Source: Octopus sinensis (taxonomy: Eukaryota). From it: a stretch of 64,000 nucleotides of DNA. The stretch covers positions 1 through 64,000 of the forward strand of contig NW_021835481.1 in the NCBI RefSeq assembly GCF_006345805.1, read 5' to 3'. The notes below the pieces were generated by a model. It ran no database searches. It saw only the letters and a list, made by a program, of their open reading frames with translations, and was not told the DNA's origin. The position numbers and the translations under genes were made by a program. Positions 63,330 to 64,000 of the stretch are shown here, piece after piece. Position 1 is the stretch's first letter, and each line of letters starts with the position of its first letter.

Positions 63330-64000
63330 TGATTTTAGTTTCACTCATGCTAGAAACAAATTTTTCACTGAGATATTTGAATCCTTCATTGTCTACATTC
63401 ATGGCCGTAACAAAATTCTTAAACAAGCCAAATTTAATGTGTAAGGGATGAAGGAAAATTTTCTGAAGGTCAACTAAAGGGATATATATTTAATGTCATA
63501 TCTCCCTGGAGTGAATTCTCTTCACTTTGGCCACTGTTTTTGATTATAGTGATGCTTGTCATCTCTGCTGTTCTAAAGGCACAAAAAGCACTAACGCTTT
63601 ACATACCTCATTTGCAACCCAAGAAGCAAACCAATAACTTTCAAGTCCCTGCATATATTCCACTTGTGTTCAGAATATTTAATCAAGTGCAAAATTTTAT
63701 CCATTGATTCATACATTTCCTTTAATCCTACATGCAATGAATTAATGCAATTCTGTATGCCGTTTTGAAAGTACGAATATTTTATAACATGGTGTAAAAG
63801 ATTCCATTGTTTCAACCTGGAGCCCAGTAGTTCTGACTTTTCTTTTGTTAAACCCAAGTCTCTAACTAAATCATTTAACTCAAGTGGACTCAATAAATAC
63901 AGAACTTTTTTCGAAGATCCTGGTTCATCACAGTGATCTGCGGTATCACTTGACATGCCTTCAATTGAAGTAGATGCAGTATTTTCTTCATTTAAACTAT
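63330..64000 (-). mobile_element. DNA transposase remnant, probably CMC/Chapaev3-like, running off the window
   Basis: ELNDLVRDLGLTKEKSELLGSRLKQWNLL, WNICRDLKVIGLLLGLQ, then PLVDLQKIFLHPLHIKFGLFKNFVTAM. The superfamily call is from memory of the PPLHIKLGLMK motif. Confidence 0.7.

Overview
Eukaryotic, AT-rich, repeat-saturated DNA. The repeat landscape (RTE LINEs with (GAT)n tails, tRNA-derived SINEs, long (TA)n tracts) looks like an Octopus/coleoid genome; this is an inference. The only host coding sequence I can support is three phase-1/phase-1 immunoglobulin-domain exons on the + strand (20358-20678, 46538-46788, 50619-50871), from a cell-surface IgSF gene that runs off both window edges. 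Exons 2 and 3 carry three single-base deficits, all at homopolymer runs, so they are either assembly errors or recent pseudogenisation. The rest appears intronic and consists of decayed transposons: three RTE lineages (one BovB-like and little decayed), a Ty3/Gypsy split by a piggyBac that itself hosts an RTE, Tc1, mariner, Tigger, a Chapaev3-like transposase, three Penelope GIY-YIG remnants, Helitrons, MITEs and SINEs. Nearly all ORFs in the supplied track are TE fragments or noise. I found no convincing novel biological system. The best second-look items are the frameshifted Ig exons with a possible interdomain disulfide, an inverted locally templated 54-bp insertion, precisely reconstructable nested insertions, and inverted repeats flanking exons (potential dsRNA, editing or circRNA substrates). 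Coordinates were read by eye and TE boundaries without TSD/TIR evidence are approximate.
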